This document shows positions 16,826 to 26,179 of a DNA stretch of 32,000 bases, piece by piece. Numbering within the stretch: position 1 is the first letter of the stretch; each line of letters opens with the position of its first letter. A model generated the notes under the pieces. The model saw only the letters and a list, made by a program, of their open reading frames with translations. It was not told where the DNA came from and did no database searches. The stretch spans positions 30,001-62,000 of the forward strand of contig JBAZMW010000005.1 in NCBI GenBank assembly GCA_041649575.1. The letters are read 5' to 3'. Position numbers and translations under genes: made by a program. Origin of the DNA: Patescibacteria group bacterium. GTDB taxonomy: Bacteria > Patescibacteriota > Patescibacteriia > 2-01-FULL-39-33.

Positions 16826-18634
16826 TTAAGCTTTAAAGATGGCGGCAAATTCCTCGCTTTCAAGAGTTTCTTTTTCCAAAAGCTGGGTGACTATCTTTTC
16901 TAAATAATCTCTTTTTGCAATAATTATGCTTTCGGCCAGTTTGGCCGCTTCCTCGGTGAGGCGATGAATTTCTTTGTCGATTTCTTCGGCGCTTTTTTCC
17001 GAATAGTCGCGTTGCTCATGGAGCTCGCGTCCCAAAAAGATCAGCTCTTCTTTTTCGCCAAAAGTCCTTAGTCCTAATTTGTCGCTCATGCCATATTCGG
17101 CGATAAGTTTCTTGGCCAGCCGAGTGGCTTCATGCAAATCGCTTTGGGCGCCGGTAGTGACTTCGCTGAAAACAATTTTTTCGGCAATCCGGCCGGCCAA
17201 AAGTACGGCCAGCTCTTCCAAAAATTCGGATTTGGAATGGAGTTTTCGGTCTTCGGAAGGCAGCTTCAGAGTGAAACCGGCGGCCAGGCCGCGGGCAATG
17301 ATAGAAACTTTTCGAACCGGATCGGTGTGCGGCAATTCGTGAGCCACCAAAGCGTGGCCAGCTTCGTGGTAGGCGGTGATTTTTTTCTCGTTTTCGTTGA
17401 GGATGTGGCTTCTTCTTTCCGGGCCCAAGATAATTTTGTCGATACTTTTTAAAATATTGTCAGAATTGATTTCTTTTTTGTTTTGCAGCGCAGTGAGAAT
17501 GGCCGCTTCATTGAGCAGGTTGGACAAATCGGCGCCGGAAAAACCGGGAGTGCGTTCGGCCATCTTTCTTAGTTCTACTTCTTTGGCCAGCGGTTTTTCT
17601 CTGGCGTGGACTTTCAGAATCGCCTCGCGGTCGTTGATGTCGGGCATATCCAGAGTGACGCGGCGGTCAAAGCGGCCGGGGCGCAACAGGGCGGCGTCCA
17701 AGACATCGGGACGGTTGGTGGCGGCCATAATGATAACGTTGGTGGCCGGGTCAAAGCCGTCCATTTCCACCAGTATTTGATTGAGGGTTTGCTCGCGTTC
17801 ATCATGAGACCCGCCCAGCCCCGCTCCGCGCTGGCGGCCGACGGCGTCTATTTCATCGATAAAGATAATGCAAGGGGCGCTCTTTTTGGCGCGGCGGAAC
17901 AAATCGCGGACACGAGAAGCGCCTACGCCGACAAACATCTCCACAAATTCGGAGCCGGAAATGCTGAAAAAAGGCACATTGGCTTCGCCGGCGACGGCGC
18001 GTGCTAGTAGGGTTTTACCGGTGCCGGGAGCGCCCAAAAGCAAAACTCCTTTGGGAATGCGCGCGCCTAGCGCTAGAAACTTTTTGGGATTTTTCAGAAA
18101 ATCGACTACTTCCAGCAGTTCTTGCTTGGCCTCTTTGACTCCGGCCACGTCGACAAAAGTGATTTTATTCTTGTCGGGATTGAACTCCCGAGCGCCGCTT
18201 TGGCCGAAGCTCATGGCTTTGTTGTTGGCGCCCTGGGCCTGACGCATCATAAACCAGATAAAACCGACAAAGAAAATCAGAGGAATAATAAAAGGCAAAG
18301 TGGCCGACAACCAAAATTTCAGGCTGGTATCGCTTTTTATTTCAACAGAAACTTTTTCTAATTTTTTGGTGTCAATGTTGTAGTTTTTCAGCAGGGTGCT
18401 CAAACTGTCCAGGCTTTCTTTCTGCAGCGTTTCTTTTTGTTCGTCGGTGGTGACTATTTCCAGCTGGTTTTCTTTGACCACCACGGACTTGATTTGTTCC
18501 TGGTTGATTTGGTTGATAAATTCGCTGATATTGATTTTTTTGGTTTTTTCGGTCGGCAGGCTGTACAAACTAAGCAGAGCCAACAGCGCCAGAAAGATCA
18601 GGGCGGCGATCAGTATTTGTTTGGTTATTTTCAT
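16826..18634 (-). CDS. ftsH: ATP-dependent zinc metalloprotease FtsH
   Basis: [18 protein letters not shown], second region of homology [25 protein letters not shown], two N-terminal TM segments. Confidence 0.98.
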   Translation of the reverse strand: MKITKQILIAALIFLALLALLSLYSLPTEKTKKINISEFINQINQEQIKSVVVKENQLEIVTTDEQKETLQKESLDSLSTLLKNYNIDTKKLEKVSVEIKSDTSLKFWLSATLPFIIPLIFFVGFIWFMMRQAQGANNKAMSFGQSGAREFNPDKNKITFVDVAGVKEAKQELLEVVDFLKNPKKFLALGARIPKGVLLLGAPGTGKTLLARAVAGEANVPFFSISGSEFVEMFVGVGASRVRDLFRRAKKSAPCIIFIDEIDAVGRQRGAGLGGSHDEREQTLNQILVEMDGFDPATNVIIMAATNRPDVLDAALLRPGRFDRRVTLDMPDINDREAILKVHAREKPLAKEVELRKMAERTPGFSGADLSNLLNEAAILTALQNKKEINSDNILKSIDKIILGPERRSHILNENEKKITAYHEAGHALVAHELPHTDPVRKVSIIARGLAAGFTLKLPSEDRKLHSKSEFLEELAVLLAGRIAEKIVFSEVTTGAQSDLHEATRLAKKLIAEYGMSDKLGLRTFGEKEELIFLGRELHEQRDYSEKSAEEIDKEIHRLTEEAAKLAESIIIAKRDYLEKIVTQLLEKETLESEEFAAIFKA

Positions 18635-18734
18635 TTGTTTAATTTAAGTTTTTAGTTAAGGCCAAGGATCGGGCCTTTCCGATCAATTGGGCAAACTGTT
18701 ATAATTTATATTATAAATAGGATAATGATTTTTT

Positions 18735-19331
18735 TTGAAAATGTCAAACCGACAGATAAAAATAGTCGATGTCATTTGGCAAAAAACTTTATTTAGAATT
18801 TTGCCAGAAAAAATTACGCCTAATTTTTTCACAGTGGTTCGTTTACTGTTGATACCGACGATACTGGTGTTTCTGGCTTTGGAAAATTTCATTTTAGCTT
18901 TGGTTTTTTTTGTTTTGGCCGCCGTCGTTGACACGATCGACGGCGCTCTGGCCAGATACCGAAAACAGACTTCTTTTTGGGGAACCTGGCTCGATCCTTT
19001 GGCCGACAAACTGCTGGTCGTTTTGGTGGTTTTGTTTTTGTTTTATTATTACCCTTATCCCGCTCTGCTAGTGGGAGCGATATTTTTTGATTTGCTTTTG
19101 GGCTTGGGCGCCCTGGCTTTTCTGGTAGTGTTTAGAAACAAAGAAGCGATACCGGCCAATTGGCTGGGCAAAAGCAAAATGGTTTTGGCGGTGGCCGGCG
19201 TTTTACTGGTTTTTGTTTATTTGATTTCTGGCCAATTAATTTTTTTATGGTTGTCGGTTGTTATTTTATTCTTGGCCATTATTTTTGGCGCTTTAAGCTT
19301 CATAGTCTACGGCTTGAAGGCCATGGTTTAA
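18735..19331 (+). CDS. CDP-alcohol phosphatidyltransferase, PgsA-like
   Basis: Motif DTIDGALARYRKQTSFWGTWLDPLADK matches the D-G-x2-A-R-x8-G-x3-D-x3-D signature; several TM segments. Confidence 0.88.
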   Translation: MKMSNRQIKIVDVIWQKTLFRILPEKITPNFFTVVRLLLIPTILVFLALENFILALVFFVLAAVVDTIDGALARYRKQTSFWGTWLDPLADKLLVVLVVLFLFYYYPYPALLVGAIFFDLLLGLGALAFLVVFRNKEAIPANWLGKSKMVLAVAGVLLVFVYLISGQLIFLWLSVVILFLAIIFGALSFIVYGLKAMV

Positions 19332-19346
19332 TTTTTGATTTTTAAT

Positions 19347-19382
19347 AGTCCCGACCAAGCGCGTTAACGCTCGGTCGGGACT
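19347..19382 (-). terminator. Terminator of the 21685-19403 minus-strand operon
   Basis: AGTCCCGACC-a-AGCG-cgttaa-CGCT-c-GGTCGGGACT stem, followed on the minus strand by ATTAAAAATCAAAAATT. Confidence 0.8.
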
Positions 19383-19402
19383 AGTTGTAACTGGTTGGCG
19401 GA

Positions 19403-20284
19403 TCAGAATTCGAACCGGAGTCCGAGTCCTGCCACCAACTTATTGCCGTCGACATAGTCCTTGTCGCCGTCGGTTTGACCCGGTCCGGCGATTTGGTACA
19501 TCAGAGACGGCACGAGGAACAGCCCTTCGTGCAGACGGAAGTCGGTGCTGACCACTATCCTGGTGTAGACATAGCCGCCGTCCTTGCCAAGGAACCCGGT
19601 GGTTAGGGCGCTTCTGACGCCCAAATCCAGCTTTTGTTCCTTGCCCAGCGGCAGGTGGAAATTGACACCGGGAAACAGATACCAACCTCCTTGGGGACTG
19701 TGGTGGCCAACCTCGCCGTAGTAGGTCAGCTTCAGGTAAGGTTCGACCCACTTGGCCTTGGTGACCGTGGCTTGGACTTGAGCTCCCCACTGGTCGTCGT
19801 CGAGCTTTTCCAGCTCGTTGAAGCCGTAGTAGGACAGGTTCAGGTCGAGCTTGAGCCAATCTCTTAGCTGGCATTCACGACCAAGGTAGAGGTCGATCTC
19901 GCCCTCAAACGGCGGAGCTGGTTCGGGCGGGGGGTTGAGCAGCAACTGCAGCTTGCCGACAGCGTCAGCCAGTTTGTCCAGATCGGGATTTTCCGGCACT
20001 TGACTGGTCGTCGCCGCTGTTTCGGCGTCGGGTTCGGCCGCTTCCTGCCGTTCGAACGGGAAGGAAGACCAGATGCCAGCATACCAACCAGACTCACCAA
20101 ACCTCAAGGTCAGTTCGTTCTCCCAGACCGGCTGGTCGTGAACTAAGATGCCGGCCTCGGCGATGTAGGCGCCCTTTATTTCGCTGCGCCAGCTACCTTT
20201 CAGTTGAAGCTTGCCCGCTTCGTCCGCGCTGGCGGCGAAGACGATCGAGGTGATGACCAATATTGTACCCATGATTTTCTTCAT
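19403..20284 (-). CDS. Exported putative outer-membrane beta-barrel protein (unknown family)
   Basis: Signal peptide MKKIMGTILVITSIVFAASADE, alternating amphipathic strand pattern, terminal aromatic residue (..KLVAGLGLRFEF); SD aaggag. Confidence 0.7.
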   Translation of the reverse strand: MKKIMGTILVITSIVFAASADEAGKLQLKGSWRSEIKGAYIAEAGILVHDQPVWENELTLRFGESGWYAGIWSSFPFERQEAAEPDAETAATTSQVPENPDLDKLADAVGKLQLLLNPPPEPAPPFEGEIDLYLGRECQLRDWLKLDLNLSYYGFNELEKLDDDQWGAQVQATVTKAKWVEPYLKLTYYGEVGHHSPQGGWYLFPGVNFHLPLGKEQKLDLGVRSALTTGFLGKDGGYVYTRIVVSTDFRLHEGLFLVPSLMYQIAGPGQTDGDKDYVDGNKLVAGLGLRFEF

Positions 20285-20353
20285 GCTAGTGCTCCTTAGT
20301 TGCGGGAACGATTTGCGTGTTCCCTGACAGTCAATTGATCCAGTTCATCCGGT

Positions 20354-21685
20354 TCAGGCCATCAGGGATTTGGGCACATGATCTATCCTCTCGAACGCCC
20401 CCAGGCTTAGATGTGAAACCGTCACGACCATTAATTGCTCGACTACTTCTATTACCGCCAGCAGAACTCTCTCTGGCAGAAGCGTCGGATTGCTGGTCGG
20501 CCCGTCTCTAGCGCAGTGCACCAGCGTTTCAGTACTGGAGACGGAACAAACCATGGTCGGCTGTCGTTCTTCCAGCGCTTGCGCTCGGGCCAGGGCAGAA
20601 CAAATCAGCCCGAAGAGCATCAGCAGGCCCACCGTCGCCAACGCTTTGCGCCTGGCCAAGTCTTGCTCGGCTTGGATTAGCGCCAGGAGTTGGTGGAGCT
20701 GGAAGCGTGGCTGACTGGCCAATTCGGCGAGGTAGGCTTTCTCGGCCGCGGACAACTGATAGCCGCTCGGTTTGTCGCGCAGGTATTCCGCCTTGAGACG
20801 CAGGCGTCTCAGCTCGGTGGCCGCCGTGGTTTCGTGCGGGTAGAGCCAGACATACACCGGCCAACCAACCAGCATTTTGGCGAAACGTAACGGCGCCAAA
20901 CCTATTTCGCTACGCAACCCTAGGGTGTCGTCAGCCCAAAGGCGAACGAGGTAGAGGATAAAACAGACCACTATTCCCTTAAGGTAGGTAGTGAGAAGCC
21001 ACCGGGCGATGGCCAGCCAGTCGATCTTGGGGTCGGCAATTGCTGTCGCCCTCGAATACCAGTTGCTGTATTGCTCCTCTCTCTTCATCTGTGCCAGACT
21101 GTCGAAGTCCTCTTCATTCTTCTTGTCTCGCCAGCCGTTTTTCATGGCTAGCTGCTGGGCGTCGTCCATACCACTTCCCCAGGCATCAACGTCGAAAGAG
21201 TAGCGCAGGGGCATGAGGTTGGCCTTACAAAGATCCAGTTGCTTCTGGAGATCTGCAAAGTAGTCTTCGAGGAAGTACTGTTCTTCTTTGGCCAACCCTT
21301 GTTGCCAGAGGTTCTTGACTGTGGTCGAGTAGAACTTAGCCGTCTCTTCTGGAGACGGCCTGGTCGGCCTGATCTCCGGCAGGATGACACAGTTGTTCAT
21401 CCGACCGATGATTTGCCACTGTTTTTCGATTTCTTCGGCCGTCGGGTGATGCACGAAGCAGGCGCCCTTGAAGACAAAGAAGCGGTCTCCTTGCGGATTC
21501 CAGGGGATGACTATTCCCTGAATAGCCCAGACTACCCCGAGCAGACACAGGATGGCCGTGATTCGGTTCAGCCAGCTGGCTGGTCTCCAAGGCCACCTTG
21601 TTTCTGATGGTGGATGGTCGATGTTGCAGTCGTCGACCAACACTCGCACCGAACCAGCTGGTCCGTCGTGATATCGCCAAGCCAT
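20354..21685 (-). CDS. Uncharacterised 443-aa membrane protein, first gene of operon with 19403..20284
   Basis: Hydrophobic segments NRITAILCLLGVVWAIQGIVI, LKGIVVCFILYLVRLW and ATVGLLMLFGLICSAL; SD aaaggaggtg before the ATG; promoter 21752..21780. Confidence 0.7.
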   Translation of the reverse strand: MAWRYHDGPAGSVRVLVDDCNIDHPPSETRWPWRPASWLNRITAILCLLGVVWAIQGIVIPWNPQGDRFFVFKGACFVHHPTAEEIEKQWQIIGRMNNCVILPEIRPTRPSPEETAKFYSTTVKNLWQQGLAKEEQYFLEDYFADLQKQLDLCKANLMPLRYSFDVDAWGSGMDDAQQLAMKNGWRDKKNEEDFDSLAQMKREEQYSNWYSRATAIADPKIDWLAIARWLLTTYLKGIVVCFILYLVRLWADDTLGLRSEIGLAPLRFAKMLVGWPVYVWLYPHETTAATELRRLRLKAEYLRDKPSGYQLSAAEKAYLAELASQPRFQLHQLLALIQAEQDLARRKALATVGLLMLFGLICSALARAQALEERQPTMVCSVSSTETLVHCARDGPTSNPTLLPERVLLAVIEVVEQLMVVTVSHLSLGAFERIDHVPKSLMA

Positions 21686-21751
21686 GGCTTTTGTTCACCT
21701 CCTTCCGTATAGATTGTAGAGTGCATTGTTCAGCGGAATGCTAAACATTAT

Positions 21752-21780
21752 ATTTTATACTAATTTCTAGTTTTTGTCAA
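21752..21780 (-). promoter_or_regulatory. Consensus sigma70-like promoter for the 21685-19403 operon
   Basis: Minus strand TTGACA (21775-21780), 17-nt spacer, TAAAAT (21752-21757). Confidence 0.75.
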
Positions 21781-21793
21781 GTTTGAATTTGAA

Positions 21794-21824
21794 AAAACAA
21801 AATCCCCGACTTTAGTCGGGGATT
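21794..21824 (-). terminator. Terminator of the S1-domain gene
   Basis: AATCCCCGAC-ttta-GTCGGGGATT stem; minus strand continues TTGTTTTTTC. Confidence 0.8.
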
Positions 21825-21837
21825 GGGTAGTTAATTT

Positions 21838-23055
21838 TTATTCTTCTTCTTTTTCTTCTTCCGTCTTTGGTGCTGGCGCTGCTTTTGGCTCTTCGGTTTT
21901 TTCCGGTTCAATTTTTTCTTTGGGTTCCGCTGTTTTTTTGGCTTCTTCGGCCGGCTTTTCTTTTGGCTTGGTCAAACTAAGTCCCAGCCGATGATTTTTG
22001 GAATCCATGGAAACAATATAAAAATCCATTTGGTCGCCGGCCTTGGCGATTTCTTCGATATTATTTATCGGCTTGTCGCTTAATTGGGAAATATGGGCCA
22101 AGCCCTGGATGTCTTTGTCTATTTCCACAAACAAGCCAAAAGGGTTGGCTTTGATTACGGTGCCAGAGATTTTTTGGCCGATCTGAAAGCGATTTTCCAA
22201 GCCTTCCCAAGGATCTTTCTGCAGCTTTTTGGTTGATAAAAATATTTTGGAATTTTCAATGGAGATAATTTCCGCTTTGATTCGCTGGCCCACTTTGACA
22301 AAATCATTGGGATCGTCGATTCTTTGCCAGGCGATTTCCGAAATGTGAATCAGCCCTTCCAGCTTGTCGAATTCCACAAAAATGCCGAAGTCGGTGACGG
22401 CGGTGACCAAGCCATCAACCACCTCGCCCACTTTATATTTATTGATAATGTCTTGCTGGGTTTCTTCCCAAGCGGCTTTTTCGGAAACTATTAATTTGTC
22501 TTCGCCCTCATTGGCGTCAATCACTTTGACTTCGAATTTTTTGCCGATATAGGATTTGAGAATTTCCAGAATTCGATTTTTGTCGCCGCCAGGCACGCGC
22601 GGGTAATGCTCGGGAGACAACTGGGAAACCGGCAGAAAGCCCACCGTGCTTTCCAGCTTGACCATTAGGCCGCCTTTGTTGGCGTCGGTGACCGTCACCT
22701 CGATAATGGAGGCCCCTTTCTCGTATTGTTTGATGCTTTGCCAGGCCCTTTGGCGGCCGGCATAGCGGAAAGACAATTCTACTTCGCCGTTTTCGTTTTC
22801 CAATTCCAAAACAGTGGCTTCGACTTCGTCGCCAGGTTTGAGGTTGCGGTATTCATCGGCTTCGCTGTAGCGTTCTTTGCCGCGCACCAAACCGGTGGCG
22901 ATGCCGTTTAAATCCAGATGCGCTTCGTTTTTGTTGGCGCTAATAACCGTGCCTCTGACCAAATCGCCGATTTTTGGCAAATTAAAATACTGCTTATCTT
23001 CAAGCAGTTTGGCCATAGGTGAATCTTTCTTTTCTTTCTTTTCCTTAGTTTTCAT
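21838..23055 (-). CDS. S1 RNA-binding domain protein, ribosomal protein S1-like
   Basis: Repeated S1 folds: GDLVRGTVISANKNEAHLDLNG, GEVVDGLVTAVTDFGIFVEFDKLEGLIHISEIAW and GQKISGTVIKANPFGLFVEIDKDIQGLAHISQL. Confidence 0.92.
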   Translation of the reverse strand: MKTKEKKEKKDSPMAKLLEDKQYFNLPKIGDLVRGTVISANKNEAHLDLNGIATGLVRGKERYSEADEYRNLKPGDEVEATVLELENENGEVELSFRYAGRQRAWQSIKQYEKGASIIEVTVTDANKGGLMVKLESTVGFLPVSQLSPEHYPRVPGGDKNRILEILKSYIGKKFEVKVIDANEGEDKLIVSEKAAWEETQQDIINKYKVGEVVDGLVTAVTDFGIFVEFDKLEGLIHISEIAWQRIDDPNDFVKVGQRIKAEIISIENSKIFLSTKKLQKDPWEGLENRFQIGQKISGTVIKANPFGLFVEIDKDIQGLAHISQLSDKPINNIEEIAKAGDQMDFYIVSMDSKNHRLGLSLTKPKEKPAEEAKKTAEPKEKIEPEKTEEPKAAPAPKTEEEKEEE

Positions 23056-23158
23056 AAAAATTTATTTAGCCCTCGTCTTGAATAGCGACAGAGCCCCGCT
23101 TTTTAATAATTAAATTAGTGGTTGCGGGTATTAATTAGCTAAGCATTAGCATAGCAGA

Positions 23159-23187
23159 TTGACGAGAGAATGTCAATGGAGTATATT
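23159..23187 (+). promoter_or_regulatory. Sigma70-like promoter upstream of the RNHCP gene
   Basis: TTGACG, 17-nt spacer, TATATT (23182-23187). Confidence 0.5.
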
Positions 23188-23219
23188 TAGAATAATTTAT
23201 TTTATGTAAATATGTTTTA

Positions 23220-23245
23220 CTTTTTCTTTTCTAGAAAAGAAAAAG
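23220..23245. repeat. Perfect 26-bp palindrome, copy 2 of the AT-rich intergenic repeat
   Basis: CTTTTTCTTTTCTAGAAAAGAAAAAG followed by GCTAACAAAAAGAAAAAAGCGC; compare 11749..11775. Confidence 0.65.
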
Positions 23246-23289
23246 CTAACAAAAAGAAAAAAGCGCTCGCAGAATAATGTTTATAAATC

Positions 23290-23604
23290 ATGTCATTTAC
23301 TAGAAAAAAAGAGGATTTTGTCTGCGGTAACTGCGGACACGAAGTTGAGGGCGACGGTTATACCAATCACTGTCCGAAGTGTTTATGGTCTAAGCATGTG
23401 GACAAGAATCCCGGCGATCGGCAAGAGGAATGCGGCGGGCTGATGAAGCCAGTTGATATATATCTGGAGCATCAAAATTGGATTATTGTGCATCAGTGTC
23501 AGACTTGCAGCGCCCAGAAGCGCAATCGAGTGAATGACGGCGATGATTTTGAAGAGGTGATCAGATTGGAAAAAGAAATAAATGACAAAAAAATAAAGGG
23601 CTAA
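23290..23604 (+). CDS. RNHCP domain protein (Cys-rich, zinc-ribbon-like)
   Basis: FVCGNCGHEVEGDGYTNHCPKCLWSKHVDKNPGDRQEECGGLMKP and RNRVNDGDDFEEVI are hallmark RNHCP motifs. Confidence 0.9.
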   Translation: MSFTRKKEDFVCGNCGHEVEGDGYTNHCPKCLWSKHVDKNPGDRQEECGGLMKPVDIYLEHQNWIIVHQCQTCSAQKRNRVNDGDDFEEVIRLEKEINDKKIKG

Positions 23605-23662
23605 AAATAATTGGATTGCTATTAAAAGTAGCGTTTTAGGCGCTATTTTTTATTTTTTTAAG

Positions 23663-23712
23663 TTATCCACAGAAAAGCTATTGACCATAAATATTAAAAG
23701 AGTTAGTATAAT
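23663..23712 (+). promoter_or_regulatory. Promoter of candidate ncRNA A with upstream TTATCCACA (DnaA-box-like)
   Basis: TTATCCACA 23663-23671; TTGACC 23681-23686; TAGTATAAT 23704-23712 (17 nt to TAGTAT, 20 nt to TATAAT). Confidence 0.6.
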
Positions 23713-23718
23713 TATACG

Positions 23719-23972
23719 AACATTGGAAGGCCTAGTGAGAGAATCTAGGGAGTAGAAACTCTCACAGAAAAGGCGAGTGCCCTCTATGTACTCAACACCG
23801 CGGAACTTTCCAGGGTTCCAACCATCACGCATTGTACTGGACGAGAGGAGTACACAGGGTAACTCAACGTTGCAAACCGCTAGCTCACGACCCGAGCGCG
23901 CATCCGAAGCGTTTAGCAACGCACATCACTCCCATCGCCGAGACCATCGCAAGACGGTCTCTTCCTTTTTTT
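23719..23972 (+). ncRNA. Candidate structured non-coding RNA A (~250 nt), family unknown
   Basis: GC-rich, no credible ORF, bounded by a promoter and by terminator GAGACC-atcgcaagac-GGTCTCTTCCTTTTTTT. Internal stems include GTGAGAG...CTCTCAC and GGAAC...GTTCC, with possible long-range pairing GTACTC...GAGTAC. Confidence 0.55.
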
Positions 23973-24057
23973 ATGAAAAATTTTTGATTTTAATTTTTTA
24001 AAGGTAGTAAGGGATTATATTAGAGACATGAATTTATTAAGTCATTTTTTAGATACA

Positions 24058-24104
24058 AAAAAAGACGGGCATGGAGAGTGAGATTCAACTCTCCGCCCGT
24101 CTTC
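24058..24104 (-). terminator. Terminator of the 28627-24128 operon
   Basis: Nested stem AAGACGGGC / GCCCGTCTT enclosing GGAGAGT / ACTCTCC; minus strand ends in a T run. Confidence 0.85.
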
Positions 24105-24127
24105 GTGAGGTGCAAAGGCCACTATCG

Positions 24128-25336
24128 TCAGAATTTCCACGCCGTTTCGGCGAAACAGCGTGGATTTTCTCGATATTGACCCATGAAGGTGTCCTTTTCT
24201 CCCAAAGGCACACCCAGGCCAGCCTTAACCTCGAAGTCGTCCTTCCTCCAAGTCAGGGACGGTTCAAAGTAGGCGTCGCCGTGTTCAAGGTTCAGAGAGC
24301 CGCTGAGCTCCACCGACCAACGACCCGTGTCATTGGGAGTATACTTTATCCGGTAGAGCAGGGCTCCGTCGAGGCCTCGACGAAAGTCTTTCGCCCGGAA
24401 CAAATCCGGGGTTTCTTTCCGAGTCTCGACTTCGAAAGCGTACTGCAGCAGGACAGACAAGCTGTCTGTTTTCCTGAATGGCTTGTTCCATTCGTGATCC
24501 ACTCCCACGACACACTGGAGGAAATCGTCGGCGTTCTTCTGTCTGAAGTAGCCGGCTTCGGCGCGCAGGTTGTAGCCGCTAGAGATTTCCGTCGCCAGGG
24601 AGATGGCGATGACTTGTTCTTCGCGGTAGGTGGGAATAATCTGTTTCGGTAGCTTCAGCTCAAACGACGGAGTGTAGCTCAAGCCGTCGTAGAAGCTTGC
24701 GCCCAGGTCCCAGCCCTTTATTGTACAACCAGCACGAAGCGCGAGTTGGCCGTGGCCGTTTTCTGGTTCGCCTAGCTCCAGATTGTTTGGGAGCGCTTGT
24801 CCCCAACGTTCACTGGCAGGGAGTCTTGACGGGGTGAACCACGGAACGTAGACCAGTTCCAGGTACTTGTCATAGCCTAGGCGGATATCAACGGCTGGCA
24901 CTCCCATTCTCTCCCAGTCAATAACATCTGTCAGGTCGCGGGGACAGATATTGTCGTTTGGCGAGACGGTGTCGGTCACCGACCAGTCGAATACCTGTTT
25001 GCCAAGACGTAGCCGAAGCCACTTCCAAGAGGTTTCTGCGTACAGTTCCCTCGCGCCGACTATCGGTCGGTGTCCAGTCGAGTCGTCGAACACGCCTTGG
25101 GCAAATCCGGCGCTGTCCAAGCGAAGGTCGCCTTCGGCATGAATTAGGAAATGCTTTGAGAATACGGCCGTCACCTTTGGCTTAAGCCGCATTTCTGCAA
25201 AAGCATCTTCCGCTTCACTGGACTTGTGGCTGAAATAGCCATCTCCCCGCAACTCGAGCTGCCCGCCGGTTTTCCATTCCAACCCTTGGGCGACTAGCGA
25301 CAGGGAGATCAGGAGCAGGATAGTAGTACCTTTCAT
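24128..25336 (-). CDS. Exported DUF1302-like putative outer-membrane beta-barrel protein
   Basis: Signal peptide MKGTTILLLISLSLVAQG; LRLRLGKQVFDWSVTDTVSPNDNICPRDLTDVID resembles RxGRQxxxWGxxD..xP.D..NP.D; C-terminal ..CFAETAWKF. Confidence 0.75.
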   Translation of the reverse strand: MKGTTILLLISLSLVAQGLEWKTGGQLELRGDGYFSHKSSEAEDAFAEMRLKPKVTAVFSKHFLIHAEGDLRLDSAGFAQGVFDDSTGHRPIVGARELYAETSWKWLRLRLGKQVFDWSVTDTVSPNDNICPRDLTDVIDWERMGVPAVDIRLGYDKYLELVYVPWFTPSRLPASERWGQALPNNLELGEPENGHGQLALRAGCTIKGWDLGASFYDGLSYTPSFELKLPKQIIPTYREEQVIAISLATEISSGYNLRAEAGYFRQKNADDFLQCVVGVDHEWNKPFRKTDSLSVLLQYAFEVETRKETPDLFRAKDFRRGLDGALLYRIKYTPNDTGRWSVELSGSLNLEHGDAYFEPSLTWRKDDFEVKAGLGVPLGEKDTFMGQYRENPRCFAETAWKF

Positions 25337-25340
25337 CGCG

Positions 25341-26117
25341 TTACTCCTTTGTCAGGTGAGCGGTTGTGAAGATGGAAGGCTCAATAGAGTCAGGAAACTC
25401 TCTCTTCACGACTCGCAACACAGTCGTCCTTCCTAGCGCGACATTCTCAATCGCGGTAGCGCCAGCTCGCCATAGCCCGCCTTCTTTTGCTTCGACGTCT
25501 TTGTTGACAAGCGTTTTGACTAGCCTGTCGGCTTGGTCGTAGAAGCGAATCTCCCTGGTGATGAAGCTTCTATCTATCAGAAAGACCCTCTTTCCGTAGC
25601 CGGATTTGATTCCAGGCTTGGATCGCGCTTCAACCGCCCAGACGCCCTCCTTGCACTCCAGTGTCTGGTAATCGAAGTCATCGAGGCGTTCGCCGGTGAG
25701 TTGCCTGGCGTCCTCGTAGCTGAAATCAGTCCCGGCGAAATACTTACTCTCGTCACCGACAGAGATTCGTCGAACCTTGTCGAACGATGGCAGCTTGAGC
25801 CATAGGTCGTCAGCATTTCCCGGATGACGGTTGACCAGCAGGCCTAACCCGCGATCCATGGCTGGTTCGCCAAAGATCATGCACGTCTTGTCCTCGCCAT
25901 TTGGCTCGAACAAGATCCAGCGAGTATAGGCCTTTTCCGTCTTCCGGCCGCTGTATCCCGTCACGACGACTTGCACGTTCTCGATTTCGTAGACTGACTG
26001 GCGATACAGCTGCCAGCTTTTGCCTACGATTTCTCGGCCGTTGTCGGTGGTGGTTTGCGCCGAAGCGACAACTGTCGACAACATGGCCGCTATTACTATT
26101 AGCATGGTTTTCTTCAT
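25341..26117 (-). CDS. Outer membrane lipoprotein-sorting-like protein (LolA-like fold), exported; start corrected to MKKTMLIV..
   Basis: Signal peptide MKKTMLIVIAAMLSTVVASAQ; FEPNGEDKTCMIFGEPAMDRGLGLLV..DDLWLKLPSFDKVRRIS..YFAGTDFSYEDARQL is characteristic of the family. The ORF-track start at 26330 runs through a hairpin and overlaps the preceding gene. Confidence 0.82.
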   Translation of the reverse strand: MKKTMLIVIAAMLSTVVASAQTTTDNGREIVGKSWQLYRQSVYEIENVQVVVTGYSGRKTEKAYTRWILFEPNGEDKTCMIFGEPAMDRGLGLLVNRHPGNADDLWLKLPSFDKVRRISVGDESKYFAGTDFSYEDARQLTGERLDDFDYQTLECKEGVWAVEARSKPGIKSGYGKRVFLIDRSFITREIRFYDQADRLVKTLVNKDVEAKEGGLWRAGATAIENVALGRTTVLRVVKREFPDSIEPSIFTTAHLTKE

Positions 26118-26141
26118 GTTGTGTCTCCCGATGTGGTTGAG

Positions 26142-26172
26142 CCGGGCAAGCAACCAAAGGTTGCCGCCCGGC
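26142..26172 (-). other. Strong intercistronic hairpin between MMPL and LolA-like genes
   Basis: GCCGGGC-aa-GCAACC-aaa-GGTTGC-c-GCCCGGC without a clear T tract in the minus direction. Confidence 0.7.
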
Positions 26173-26179
26173 TTGTTTC

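Noticed and set aside
23777-24001. Plus-strand ORF of 74 aa within the candidate ncRNA A
   Set aside because: Runs straight through the terminator, and its C-terminus is encoded by the post-terminator A/T run. No SD and no protein-like composition. The opposite-strand ORF 23650..23919 likewise covers the promoter.
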